Shown piece by piece: positions 54,401-64,000 of a stretch of 64,000 bases of DNA; position 1 is the stretch's first letter, and each line of letters starts with the position of its first letter. The notes under the pieces were generated by a model that was given only the letters and a program-made list of their open reading frames with translations, was not told the origin of the DNA and ran no database searches. The DNA is from Phoronis australis. Lineage: Eukaryota; Animalia; Phoronida. Made by a program: the position numbers and the translations under genes. Where the stretch lies: positions 62,001-126,000 of the forward strand of contig NMRA01000086.1 of NCBI GenBank assembly GCA_002633005.1, read 5' to 3'.

Positions 54401-57400
54401 CCAGCAAGATAATGATAGCATCAGTTGTATTGTTAATTGAACATGTAATGGCTGGCTTCAGCAAATTTGTGTCTGAATGGCAACATTTTCCTCAGTTTTG
54501 AAAAAAAAACAGTAGGATTATTTTCACATGGGATCCGCACTATTATCTGAAGCAAGATGTACGTGTGGAAAGAACTAATTAATTGCTGGTAGGGGTGTGA
54601 CATAACCCAATCACAGTCAGGAATGTCCTCTATCTTGGATGCTTTAAACTGAGACACATGCCTTGGCTACTGTGGTCTGCTGATAACAACAGTCATGTCT
54701 TATGTCTGGACAAGGTGTAATTCACAGATGTAGCCATTTCTCTCTGTACAGTGGTCGTCGTACCACTCAAAGTTGTCGGTGCCATGCATTGAGATACAGT
54801 CGTCACTGTTGCGAGACCGTTTGCTGGGTTCACCTGTGATAGAATACATATAAAATTGTTATCTGTAAATTTAGTAGGTGGTGCTAGTTTAAATTACTGT
54901 CCCACCAGTAGAAATGTAATGCACTCTGATCATTTGAGACCCATATCCCCCAAACAGCCCCATAAGGACAAGAGGATAAAAATTCTCTTGTCCGTAGCAC
55001 CACCTTGTCAATACTGAGTCCTCCATTATGAAGTACTTGTGTTTGTCATGTTGACAGTACGTGACACTAACCTCTTGAAAGGACACTTGGAGTGTGATGT
55101 TCACTCGCATTAACTTTTAATTACTTAATTAGGTCAAACCCTGTTCTCATCAACTTTAACTTAAATGTTTAGATACTTGGCGCTTTCAAGCATTATAGTC
55201 AACATTTCAATTTCAACTGAATGACTATCTTGAATTTTTCTAACAGAGAAGTGACCAAAATACCTCTGTGCCAGTCGGTGTATTCAATTTTTGCCCCTGT
55301 AGATTGCCACCTCCAGTCTTTTTCTTTTGTCAAGTCATTACCACCTGTCCATAGGTGTACTCGGAAACCTGCCGTTTCTCTTGCCAATCTTTTCAAAGCA
55401 TTGTTTTCCTTTTCTGTCTCTATGGCAACCAGGTGGGCACCATCCAACTTGCACTGGCCCATTGCTGACTGGAAGGAATGCCATTGGTTGCCTTCAACTT
55501 TGTAGCAGGAGTCTTCAAATCTGCTGTAGCCATTCGGACATTGTGGTACTGGGATCGGAGACGTATTTGGTTTGTTTGTGGGCTTTGAGAGGAGATTGGC
55601 TATGTATTTTTGTGTTTCAAGACAACATTGATTGTGCTGATGACTGGACGAGTTCACTGAGTCTCTGAATTGATTGGCCAGGGATATTAGTGAGCAGGTT
55701 TTGTTGTCGACCACTTGCACTGCTTGCTTTATCGATGTAATCCCAGACTGCACTGCTTTTAGGTCGTTGTTAACAGATGACAATCCAGTTTCTATTGCCG
55801 TCATATTGGGTTGTATGGTTGACCTTTGAACTTGCAGAGCTTTTACATTGTTGGCCATTGACGATGTCTCAGACTTGATTACATTCAAGTCTGATTTCAC
55901 TGACGACATCTCTGCTTGAAGGGATTTTACTTCTGCCTTTGTTGAAGATGCTTCCGAGTGGACTCCTTTGATTTCTGTTCTAGCCAATGTCAGCTCCGAT
56001 TGAAGAACCTGTATTAGCGTTTTCATCGATGATGTTTCCGTTTGCATTGCCATCAGTTCGTTGTTCAATAGCTTCTCCATGGCTTCTGTCTGCATCTTCT
56101 GAATGTGGAGCTGCTCCGTCAAATGAGCTTGGAATCCTTTTATTTGAATCTGAAGCCGTACCAGTTGCTTCGCCACTTCATCCTGCTGTGTCGACCCTGA
56201 TGTGGTTAATCTTGGCACCATCGCGATCAACATTAGTATTCGCAACATTCTGTGCTCCACTGTTGGTCTCATGTGAACACTGTTTGAAGTATTCAGCTAC
56301 AGAATCTGTTCATTAATTATCTTTGACCACTACTGTTATCTCATTCATTACATTTTTTTGTTGATGGGCATGTCTTGATGTTGACCAGTCCTGCTCTTGT
56401 GAGCGAACTTGTGACTGGTGGGTAAACAGCTCTTCCATTTTACATAGTTACTTGTCCCGTTTTATGATAACAGCCTTAGGTTTGGCATTTAGCTACATCT
56501 GGATTAACTTGCAAATGAGATTTTGATTTTAATGTTTGTGAACTGGAAGTCAATTTATGTTTGTTAGGTGTGAAAATATGAGGACTTGTAATGTTGTTAT
56601 CAAATCTTATCCCAGACATCAAATTTGTACATCACGGTGATAATACATGTCAGAGTTACTGCATGTCTGCCAGTGGTCTGAGACATTTTTGCTATTAATT
56701 TTGCTTTTTGTGATTCAGTTGTGACCCTGTTTCAGTTGCTGAGTACCCCTGCACATGTGCTGCCCCCTGCTACCACACTATGCAATACATTCCTCAAGTC
56801 GCTGCTTGTCAAGAAGTCCTCAGGAAATGGGTAAGTAAAATCGTAAAATCTCACGGAACACTACATTTTCAAAAACACTCTAAAATGCAGTGTTCCTTAA
56901 TACAACTCAATAATGTGTTTATATTAGGATATATGATCGTACCGTTCCTTTTGGTATAAGTCCAATTGTTATTTTTCCATTTTTCTGCTAATAACCACAT
57001 TGGTGGAAAAGGTTAAAGCTATATGCTGCAACATCTTTGAAAACTGTTTCTTTGGTTTGTGTTTTTTTAGAGAATTGGCATCTGTAATTACTCTTCGTCA
57101 AACCATGGATTGTATCGGGTTTTTTCACTTGGCCCAGTTTCTAATTCTAGTGTGCAAGTCAGATTTTTTTCACTTGTAGCTTTCTGATAAAAAACGTTGA
57201 CATTTCCCAGTTTTTGATGGATTTGAAGTATTTTGCACTATCTAGTGGCTATTTTTATGATACAAATAAACACCCTAGAAGCACACCGTTTGCAGTGGGC
57301 GCATTTCAAGGCTCTGCGTTGCTCTTGTTTACACCCTCGTGAATACCAAAAAATTCCATTCAAAACCTTTTTCCTTGAATTTTCATCAGGGTTATAATAA

Positions 57401-57857
57401 AATATTTGTGATTTGGTTGTACATGAGAGAATTGTCTTACTTTCATACGCTTTTCAGTGATTAGCTGCAAGATGGTGAAGTTAGTTTATTTCAGTTCCAC
57501 TAGGACCCCATTCGGTATGCAGTATTTCTAAGTTACAGTACAGTGACACTTTCAGTTCATCTTTTTTCATGTTGCATTATAAAAAAGCACTGAACATCGT
57601 GACGTTTTGACATGTTTGTTTCAAGGCAAGTTGAGGAAGAAGATGATGATGATGATGATGAGAATGACCTCAGCTCTTCCAAAGATGATGACATGAAGTC
57701 AAACGACTCGGATTCTGACACGGAGGTAGAGCATGAACCAACGAGTTCAGAGCAGAAAACAAAGCTGGAAGAACGCACACAAACTGAAACGACACGTGAC
57801 AATGTAGATCTGTTGGTTGCAGAGGACTTTTCATTCATCAGTTCCATGTTCTCGTGA
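30431..57857 (+). CDS. WDR75: WD repeat-containing protein 75 (UTP17/Nan1, SSU processome t-UTP), 835 aa, 18 exons
   Basis: Exons 30431-30525, 34252-34381, 35324-35389, 36158-36248, 37317-37429, 37726-37796, 38290-38394, 38967-39211, 39695-39891, 40508-40695, 41316-41482, 42099-42279, 42853-42944, 43354-43440, 44303-44523, 45162-45293, 56736-56830, 57626-57857 (2508 nt, all GT-AG, frame-consistent). Motifs FTCIACHP, HWH..V.DL.F..EGSYLLSGGHECVLVKW, FLPRLG, DPRSKAMVLNGKPGHLQFY, FSEDGS.LAV, WNLLSC, LPQTPF, LLSTPAHVLP and an acidic C-terminus match vertebrate WDR75 as recalled. Confidence 0.96.
30630..31056. mobile_element. MITE with ~37-bp TIRs in WDR75 intron 1
   Basis: TGCTGTGCGTGAACTTGGAATCCTGCTTAATCTCAAGAT vs ATCTTGAGATTAAGCAGGATTCCAAGTTCACATACAGCA; no clear TSD. 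Confidence 0.6.
31073..31820 (+). mobile_element. 748-bp non-autonomous DNA transposon with TAGCCT/AGGCTA ends and 9-bp TSD (AcademH-like), family A copy 1
   Basis: TATCAAACC at 31064-31072 and 31821-31829; TAG...CTA termini. Confidence 0.75.
32290..32545 (-). repeat. Dispersed repeat family B, copy 2 (inverted)
   Basis: Reverse complement aligns to 29822-30105. Confidence 0.7.
32583..33363 (-). mobile_element. Family A (AcademH-like) copy 2, inverted relative to copy 1
   Basis: Colinear reverse-complement similarity to 31073-31820 over the whole length (e.g. GCATGCAAAATCTGGGA, CTCACCTTGCCC, TTTAAGTGAAAAACAAT, CATTTTCTTGCGTAA); ends CAAGGCTA; TSD not preserved. Confidence 0.7.
45810..46320. 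repeat. (TG)n microsatellite embedded in an old AAGGTCAAGGTCA-type repeat remnant
   Basis: TG run ~45980-46040 followed by CAGATCAAAGGTCAAGGTCACA and similar degenerate motifs. Confidence 0.5.
46963..49708 (-). CDS. Secreted C-type lectin with long coiled-coil neck (paralog 1), 339 aa, 2 exons, nested in WDR75 intron 16
   Basis: Exon 1 49708-48811 (signal peptide, heptad repeats, Thr/Pro linker, CRD with LVTIENEQEN and WTGGND; donor G|GTAAGT). Exon 2 47084-46963 (TTTCAG|) gives GEPSWNTAHDCVVLDGLSHDYKWNDLGCNTLLPYICEIST*, completing the CRD with EPS/WND. Confidence 0.93.
49761..49766 (-). promoter_or_regulatory. TATA box candidate of lectin paralog 1
   Basis: TATAAA on - strand ~55 bp upstream of the ATG at 49708; several WGATAR sites within the next 80 bp. 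Confidence 0.45.
50786..53226 (+). mobile_element. Helentron-associated non-autonomous element (HINE/DINE-like) carrying a satellite array
   Basis: Starts TTTTTTATGCGCCCA with a GTCC microsatellite; ends TGGGCGCA-TTT-CAACGCTCTGCGTTG-CTCTTGTT (subterminal IR + 3' hairpin), the structure known for HINE/DINE-1-type elements; related copies at 23113-24260 and 57190-57329. Confidence 0.7.
50965..52830. repeat. 451-bp higher-order tandem repeat (~4.1 copies), each made of three ~150-bp diverged monomers
   Basis: GATCCGACTACCGG at 50970, 51421, 51872, 52323 (period 451) and degenerate at ~52773; CTAGTGGC core recurs every ~150 bp in three variant contexts. Confidence 0.93.
54700..56272 (-). CDS. 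Secreted C-type lectin with long coiled-coil neck (paralog 2), up to 380 aa, 2 exons, nested in WDR75 intron 16
   Basis: Exon 1 56272-55264 (signal peptide, 14-aa repeats, CPNGYSRFEDSCY, HLVAIETEKEN, WTGGND; donor G|GTATTT). Exon 2 54833-54700 (CACAG|) gives GEPSKRSRNSDDCISMHGTDNFEWYDDHCTERNGYICELHLVQT*. Same intron position as paralog 1. True start may be the second Met. Confidence 0.93.
57190..57329 (+). mobile_element. 3' fragment of the HINE-like family in WDR75 intron 17
   Basis: TGCACTATCTAGTGGCTA...GGGCGCATTTCAAGGCTCTGCGTTGCTCTTGTT matches the 53.1-53.2 kb and 23.1-23.2 kb ends. Confidence 0.7.
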
Positions 57858-58064
57858 CAGCTGTACTGTATGCTGTTATGGTACTGCATTGTACCACAGG
57901 GTGACTTTCACGAATCATTGGATCGTGCATGGCAGATACTTTTGGTTCATCACTAGGTCACATCTACTTCACGAGTAGTACTTTTGCACTGCAATAATAG
58001 TCATTTGTCCAGGCGTAAGAGGCCATTTCTTGCGAACCAACGTCTGCAATGTTGAAATTTTTTG

Positions 58065-58530
58065 CCCGTATTTTGTGAACCAGTTTGATGCCTGATATTC
58101 AGTGGAGAAAACTGGTTCTCAAAGTGTGGGCACGTTATATCCAATTGTTTTCAAGGCTGTTCCAAGTATTGTACATGCACAGTTACATATTTATTTGCCA
58201 TTAGTTGTAACGATGAGTGAACAGCAGATAATGTCATGCCGCATGGATTTGCTAGACTACTTTCACATCTTAGCATCATGTTCGTAACCTCAGTATTGAA
58301 AGCAACGGCCCACGTTTGCCTTGCAATTACCTGTTCACTTTTAGTTGCCCGTGTTCAAACACACACTCACTCTTAAATTTTCGCATTTGTAATTTGCGAC
58401 TTACGCTCTTTGACTCCGATCTCAAACCTATCTTTTGAAAATCGCAGTAGCTTTAGTTTATAAGCTGTCACATGGAGAACCAGTTTTCTGCACGTAATAA
58501 CAGGCTTCAAACTGGTTCTCAAAATCTGGG
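58065..58530. mobile_element. MITE with ~55-bp TIRs in the presumed WDR75 3' UTR
   Basis: TTTTGTGAACCAGTTTGATGCCTG...AGAAAACTGGTTCTC vs GAGAACCAGTTTTCT...CAGGCTTCAAACTGGTTCTCAAAA. Confidence 0.65.
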
Positions 58531-58556
58531 ACCCGAGTATTAAATGACTATTGCCG

Positions 58557-58562
58557 AATAAA
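58557..58562 (+). terminator. Candidate WDR75 polyadenylation signal
   Basis: First AATAAA seen after the stop at 57857, followed by GT-rich sequence. Confidence 0.35.
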
Positions 58563-60383
58563 CAGTGTATCGTCTACACGCGAAAGGTTATTGTTTTACT
58601 TATGGGAAGTTGTTGATGTCACTCTGAAGCTCCAGACAAACATGAATAGGAAAATCAGGTTTAGAAGTAAATGCTGTTGTTATACATGTACTTCTGGAAA
58701 GTTTGTTACCTGAAAATCCTGAAATTAATGTGAATCTTTATTATTAAGTATGACTCAGATTTTTAAATGAACAGAATTGAACTGAAGAGTTGGTGGATAT
58801 TTTAAAGCCGTGCATTCCTGTTAATCACTACTCATTAAAAATCCACACATTGTTATTATTTTTTGATTGAATTACCAGGAATCATTCAATAACAGACAAC
58901 ACATATTGTATGAAACAATACGAGTGGCAATTGAAATGCTTCGACATGTATTTTTCCACATTTTGAACATGGAAGTTCTAAACATTTTTGGGGATGTGGA
59001 TGCAAAAAGAAAACATGCAATGTACTTTTAGCTTTATGTTCACACCTAACCAAAACCACAGGAAAAATAATTGACATTTTATCCTCTTTTTACGAAATAC
59101 TTTTGTTCCATAAATGATCCTTTTCAGCATGAGGAGTCAACTTGCAAACTCATCTTTAATGTTGCTCAGCGAATTTTAATCCACTTGGCAGCAGTGTACA
59201 CTGCGTGCCTAGGGACGTGTGCTCTCTTCCACACGGTCACCTATGGGGGAGACTCAGGTCTTAGAATGACCAATGAAAAAGAGGAAAACTTCAACTAATC
59301 TAGATACATGCACAGCAAAATGACAGGACCAGCAACATGGCCAAATTTAGTTCGATAAAAATGCTCAAGATAAATCTCCATTTTGTAAAGTATTTCGCAT
59401 TCATTTTATGTAAAGTCTGAGTGTTTCATAAAGATCACAAAAATCCCGTTTTTGATGGCCCTTCATACAAAAGTGGAACAATTCCTAGAAGCGTTTTGGG
59501 AAACGGTGCATTCAGTGTATGGTATCTAAAAGTTATATGTGAATCCGATCAGCCATTTCTCAGATATTATCTTCCAAAGTTTACCAAAGTTGGACATTTT
59601 TCTAAGGTCCTACATAACCATTACAAACTGGTTCCATCAACTGAGTGTAGCACCCGGCACAGATTGTTCAAGAAAAGTTCATTCATTTATTTTATAATTG
59701 GCTCTGACATGTACAAACCTACAACAACAATATTAACAAACATAGCCAATTACTTATAACCAATTTCTTACTGGACAAACAAATTCGTGCTGCGATATTT
59801 ATCTCAACAACAAATCAAACTATATAGTAACCATGGACTTACTGTCCACATCAATTTAAATCAAGATGTAAATGCCAGGTTGCGTCTTTTAAGAAAATAA
59901 AAAAGCAATACTATAAAAGACGGTTATAATCTCCATCACCGTGCGAAGACCTGCATTCACTGTAGAAGATGTAGAACAAAATACAAATACAATAAAATGG
60001 CTCTTGATTTAGAATCAATCGCTACATAATAAAACGATAACTATGAACTACATTTAAGCGAAATGCGACCATTCATGAGAACATACACAAATGTAAATAA
60101 CCTGTCCTTTTATCCACCAGCTTGTATACATGTTAAGGGGGCATCCACTAGAACACACAATGCTGAAATAGATATCCAGTACTTCGTACAGATTTGCTGT
60201 ACAAGGCAAAATCTTGACGAATACTCTATCAAGACTACAAAACATGAAGTGGAAAGGAATGGTGACCCAACGGTAAGAGCCACACCAGAACGTCATAACA
60301 CAGAGACAAGCATTCGGGATAAAACAGTTTCTCAAACGACAGGTGCCTTACAGCCCATTTGCCCATGAAAGGTCAGAGGTCAC

Positions 60384-62101
60384 TTAAGCCTTCTTGGTCA
60401 TGATCTTGAGGTATTCCAGTGCATTGTGAGCTGCCTGCGCATGGGCTTCATCCTGGGTGGGTCCTGTGCCATGACACACAGCCACAGGCATGGTAGACAA
60501 CTGGACCAGGCATTGGCTGTGACCTGAAATGAGATGACAAAAACCATGATTACTATCTACACTAGCTTACCAACATTGTCAATCTTTCTTCTGGACCATA
60601 CATTGTTGATCGAACCAAGGGCAAGGATCCACCTCATAGAGCAAATTCGCTTAAATTACAACAGGAAGCAAACAGACGGGAGTCAAAATTTTTCGGCAAA
60701 AATCGGGCAAGGTCGGACTATGAAACACGTGCATGGAGGGTATCCGATCAGGTGCGTTCTTCATTGGCAGGAAGAAGAGGAATTTAGTTCGAGATTGAAC
60801 TGAATGGTGCACATTTTAGAAAAGGACAAGGTATGTGTAATTTGAGTACAGAATACCAGACATTGAAAACAGATTTAAAGGTGTAAGAACCTAGTCTTAT
60901 ATAGCAAAGGTGTATTCAGACAAAGTGACCCACAATTCCCCATCATCACAGCTGGACGGAAGTCGAATTCATTCTCATTACCGAGAAAGAAGAGGTATTG
61001 GCAGAAAAGTAAGTAAGGTGGATAAGCCATTCTGTAATTAGAAATTTGTTGCTCTAATTGTTAATACCTGACATTTCTACAGCCACAAGTCTCAACCCTG
61101 ACTCATTCTAAAAGACTGGGGATTGGGCTCTTGTGAAACATTGAAAATGGTAAACAAATCCATGAAATAAAGGTGTACCTACCTGCAGGGCCAGGCTCGC
61201 CAATGTTGACGTAGGTGACCTCGAACCGTTGCTCCTCGGCAATCTGCTGTAGAAGTTGGCAGTAGTTAGTGCTGGGAGAATTAAGCTGCTTGTTCTGCAG
61301 AGAGGCCAGGCTCTTGCCAGTGGCAGACTTCATCCCTGAAGAGAATATAAATTATTCAAAACTGCTATTGAAACAGACGAGAAAATGTCTCCTCTGCAAG
61401 CTCAATGCAACCCAGATTAAAGTTAAATGCTTCTATTACACCACCTTGTGTCAAAAAGGCTAATTTTTCATTTATGCCACTTGTTGCAATAAACTGAACT
61501 TAAATTGTTCCTTATTCAATTGATGTGTGATGTCTGAGCTTGAGAAGAAGCAGTAGTTTGTTATTGCTCGAGACCACATTCAGCAAATGAAATGACCCAC
61601 TGGCTAAGCCAACTTATTGAGCCTGATCGCGAGCAATAAACTACAGTTCACTTCTTCTCAAGCCCAGAAATAATTTACAATGTAGGTAACGAATTGTTTC
61701 CAATGAATTTGACAACGGTAAATGGTTTAAATAATCATTAATTCTTTGACAAGTTTAGAAGATGCACAGCTTCAAGTTCTTTCAACACTAGATATGATCC
61801 TGGTGGCTGCACACCATAAATGTAACATATAAGTATGCTGTGGTACTATTAAATAGATTCTTGGAATCTGTAGAATGTATAAGGAAAAACAGATAGATAC
61901 CTTGGTCATTTTGATCACTGTCATTGTGTTGAGAATCATGTGTGCTGAGTTACTTCGTAGAAGCAAACGGAATAAAAAATGTTCGTGTATGGAAGTAAAC
62001 AACAAAAGAAAAACGAATGTGTACAAACCGGAGTAAAATGCACTGATCTTTTTACTGGCATGACTTGTCAATGATGGGATCTTGGCAGTTTCCTTGGGAA
62101 T
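60384..62101 (-). CDS. TARBP2: 3' exons of a TARBP2/PRKRA/loquacious-family dsRNA-binding RISC-loading protein (linker + dsRBD3); 5' part lies beyond the right edge
   Basis: Exons 62101-62029 (IPKETAKIPSLTSHASKKISAFYS), 61335-61183 (GMKSATGKSL...YCQLLQQIAEEQRFEVTYVNIGEPGPA), 60523-60384 (GHSQCLVQLSTMPVAVCHGTGPTQDEAHAQAAHNALEYLKIMTKKA*); closely resembles the Loqs/TRBP C-terminus (QCLVQLSTxPVxVCHG...AAxNALEYLKIM). Confidence 0.92.
61533..61668. repeat. Imperfect inverted repeat (~40-bp arms) in a TARBP2/loqs intron
   Basis: TCTGAGCTTGAGAAGAAG..GTAGTTT..TATTGCTCG vs CGAGCAATAAACTAC..CTTCTTCTCAAGCCCAGA. Confidence 0.6.
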
Positions 62102-64000
62102 CTGTAAATGTCAATGATCAAACCTTAACAACACTAGAAATATACGACTCAAAAAGTAAGTGTATCATCAATTTTTTGCACTTAATTCCAGGAAATTGAG
62201 AACATGGACATCCATCATCCATGAAAAGTTCAATGGGGAATTCATGACGAATTGAAACACATCTTAGGAATTTTCCTCTTATAGAAAAAAGCATGGTTCT
62301 ATGAAAATTTGCAGTCAGAACACAAAAGTCACTGATGTAAGCAGTCCAGTTTCTGGTTTCTGAACATGGCTTAAATTTAAAATGTTGAAGTAAACTGTTC
62401 AAACTGAACCGCTTCAAGTAAATGACATGTGATCCTTAAATTTCTTTTAATGATAGAAATTCATTGCTTTCATGAAAAGGGTAACTTTAAAACAAGTTTG
62501 TGAGACATCATTTGATGACTTTCATTTTTAAATAGTAATTGGGAATGAAAGGCACTGAAGTCCTTTTTATGAAAGTGAACCGCTACTTAAACCATTTTGT
62601 GAATTTCACTTTCTGGCTACTGTTTCTACCTAAAAGCGTGTCCTCTCACTGCAACACAGAAATTGATACGTTGATCTCAATTTCTACGAAATTGGATTGT
62701 CGATTAACTCTTCAGTAATTCATTAACAAATTGCTTTACACAACAAGAGGAACAGCAATGTCTCAATACATGTTCATCTAAGTTTCTGATAACAGCAGTT
62801 GACGATTTCATCATAAAACCCTGGACAGTCCAGAATATCTACCACTGAAATTTTCACCTAGCCTAACATCCGCATAAATGAGCTGTGGCCAAACCAGATG
62901 CCGTGATATCCAGGCAATAGATGTCACAAAAGAAGTCACACATGTCTAACTAAATGTAAGAAAATAGATGCTTAAATATTTGTATAAGCCAACGTGGAAC
63001 ACTGCGTAAAGAGAAAACTAAATACTTAATTACTGGCAGCAAACACGAGTATTAGTTCTGCATTTTAAATGCCCAAAACAGGGCTTGGAATGACCCATGA
63101 CAAAAAAAGAGGAAATTTTTACCGTCTAACTACACATTTCAATCTAAACCATACCTCAACAGATGGAAACTAAACATTATTATCACAAGATGCCCTCTTA
63201 ATGTGTCGTGTTGGCAAAATGCACTTATCTTTAGCAGTACCTAACATCTATTTCAGCAACAACAATGAAGGCAATTGGATGCAACAAAAATATTTTTTAA
63301 AATTAAAAAAGATAATGATGAAAAATTTGCAGTACGAGTGGCAGGAGCTTATTCTTGATTTGCTGCAGGGAAACCTATAGGCCTAAAATTATTTTCAATT
63401 CTTATAATTAAGATATAAAATTACAAAAACAAAAAAATTGTAAATCGATCCAAAGATTATATGGAAAGCCTGAAATACATACACATTTAATTCCAAAAAA
63501 TTTAATCAAAACGCAAATGGAAAAAAGTCGAGACGGAAACCTGTGGCTCATACCCCAACTGCTAGCATGGAAAAATGAAAGTAAAAACACACTTTAAACT
63601 ATAGAATGCAACAACCACAATCCTCAGTTGGCCAAACTTTTCAGTTTCAAATAGTAATTACAGGAGTTAACTGTTCGTAAGCCACGCTGGTGTAGAAGAA
63701 AGTATGTGACATAAGAAATAACTACCAGGACACTGAAAATAGGCTGGCGGAATTTGTAAACAATGGCTTAGACCAATCAGATCATTCAGAATCTGTCACG
63801 TGATCACTTGTCTCGAACTGCAAAACTCGAGTCCCAAAATAGAACACGAAAATGTCAAAATAAATTGAAATACATAAACGGCAATTTAAAACACATTTGC
63901 AGTAACGAAAATAGCACTTTGTATCCCGTTTCGTCGGCACATAGAAAATCGCACTCAGAAGGTCAGGCCTAGCACTAGCAGCCAACGGCAACGGGCGTGC

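Overview
Eukaryotic (intron-rich, AT-rich, marine-invertebrate-like) genomic window; the ORF track is mostly spurious and real genes had to be assembled by hand from GT-AG exons. Six protein-coding genes are supported. (1) A three-exon GPI-anchored Ly6/three-finger (quiver/sleepless-like) gene, + strand 16470-22634, not captured as a single ORF. (2) TOMM7, - strand, head-to-head with (3) an 18-exon WDR75/UTP17, + strand 30431-57857 (835 aa as assembled). (4,5) Two paralogous two-exon secreted coiled-coil C-type lectin genes nested antisense in the 11.4-kb WDR75 intron 16. They are separated by a Helentron-like element carrying a 451-bp higher-order tandem repeat packed with CTCF-like motifs. 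(6) The 3' exons of a TARBP2/PRKRA/loquacious-family gene, - strand, convergent with WDR75. The rest is DNA-transposon debris: an Academ XPG/Cys-finger remnant, a 9-bp-TSD (AcademH-like) family, hAT-like elements with 5- and 6-bp TSDs, a THAP pseudogene, foldback MITEs and a 90-bp near-perfect palindrome. Family names come from motif recall and TSD lengths, not database searches.
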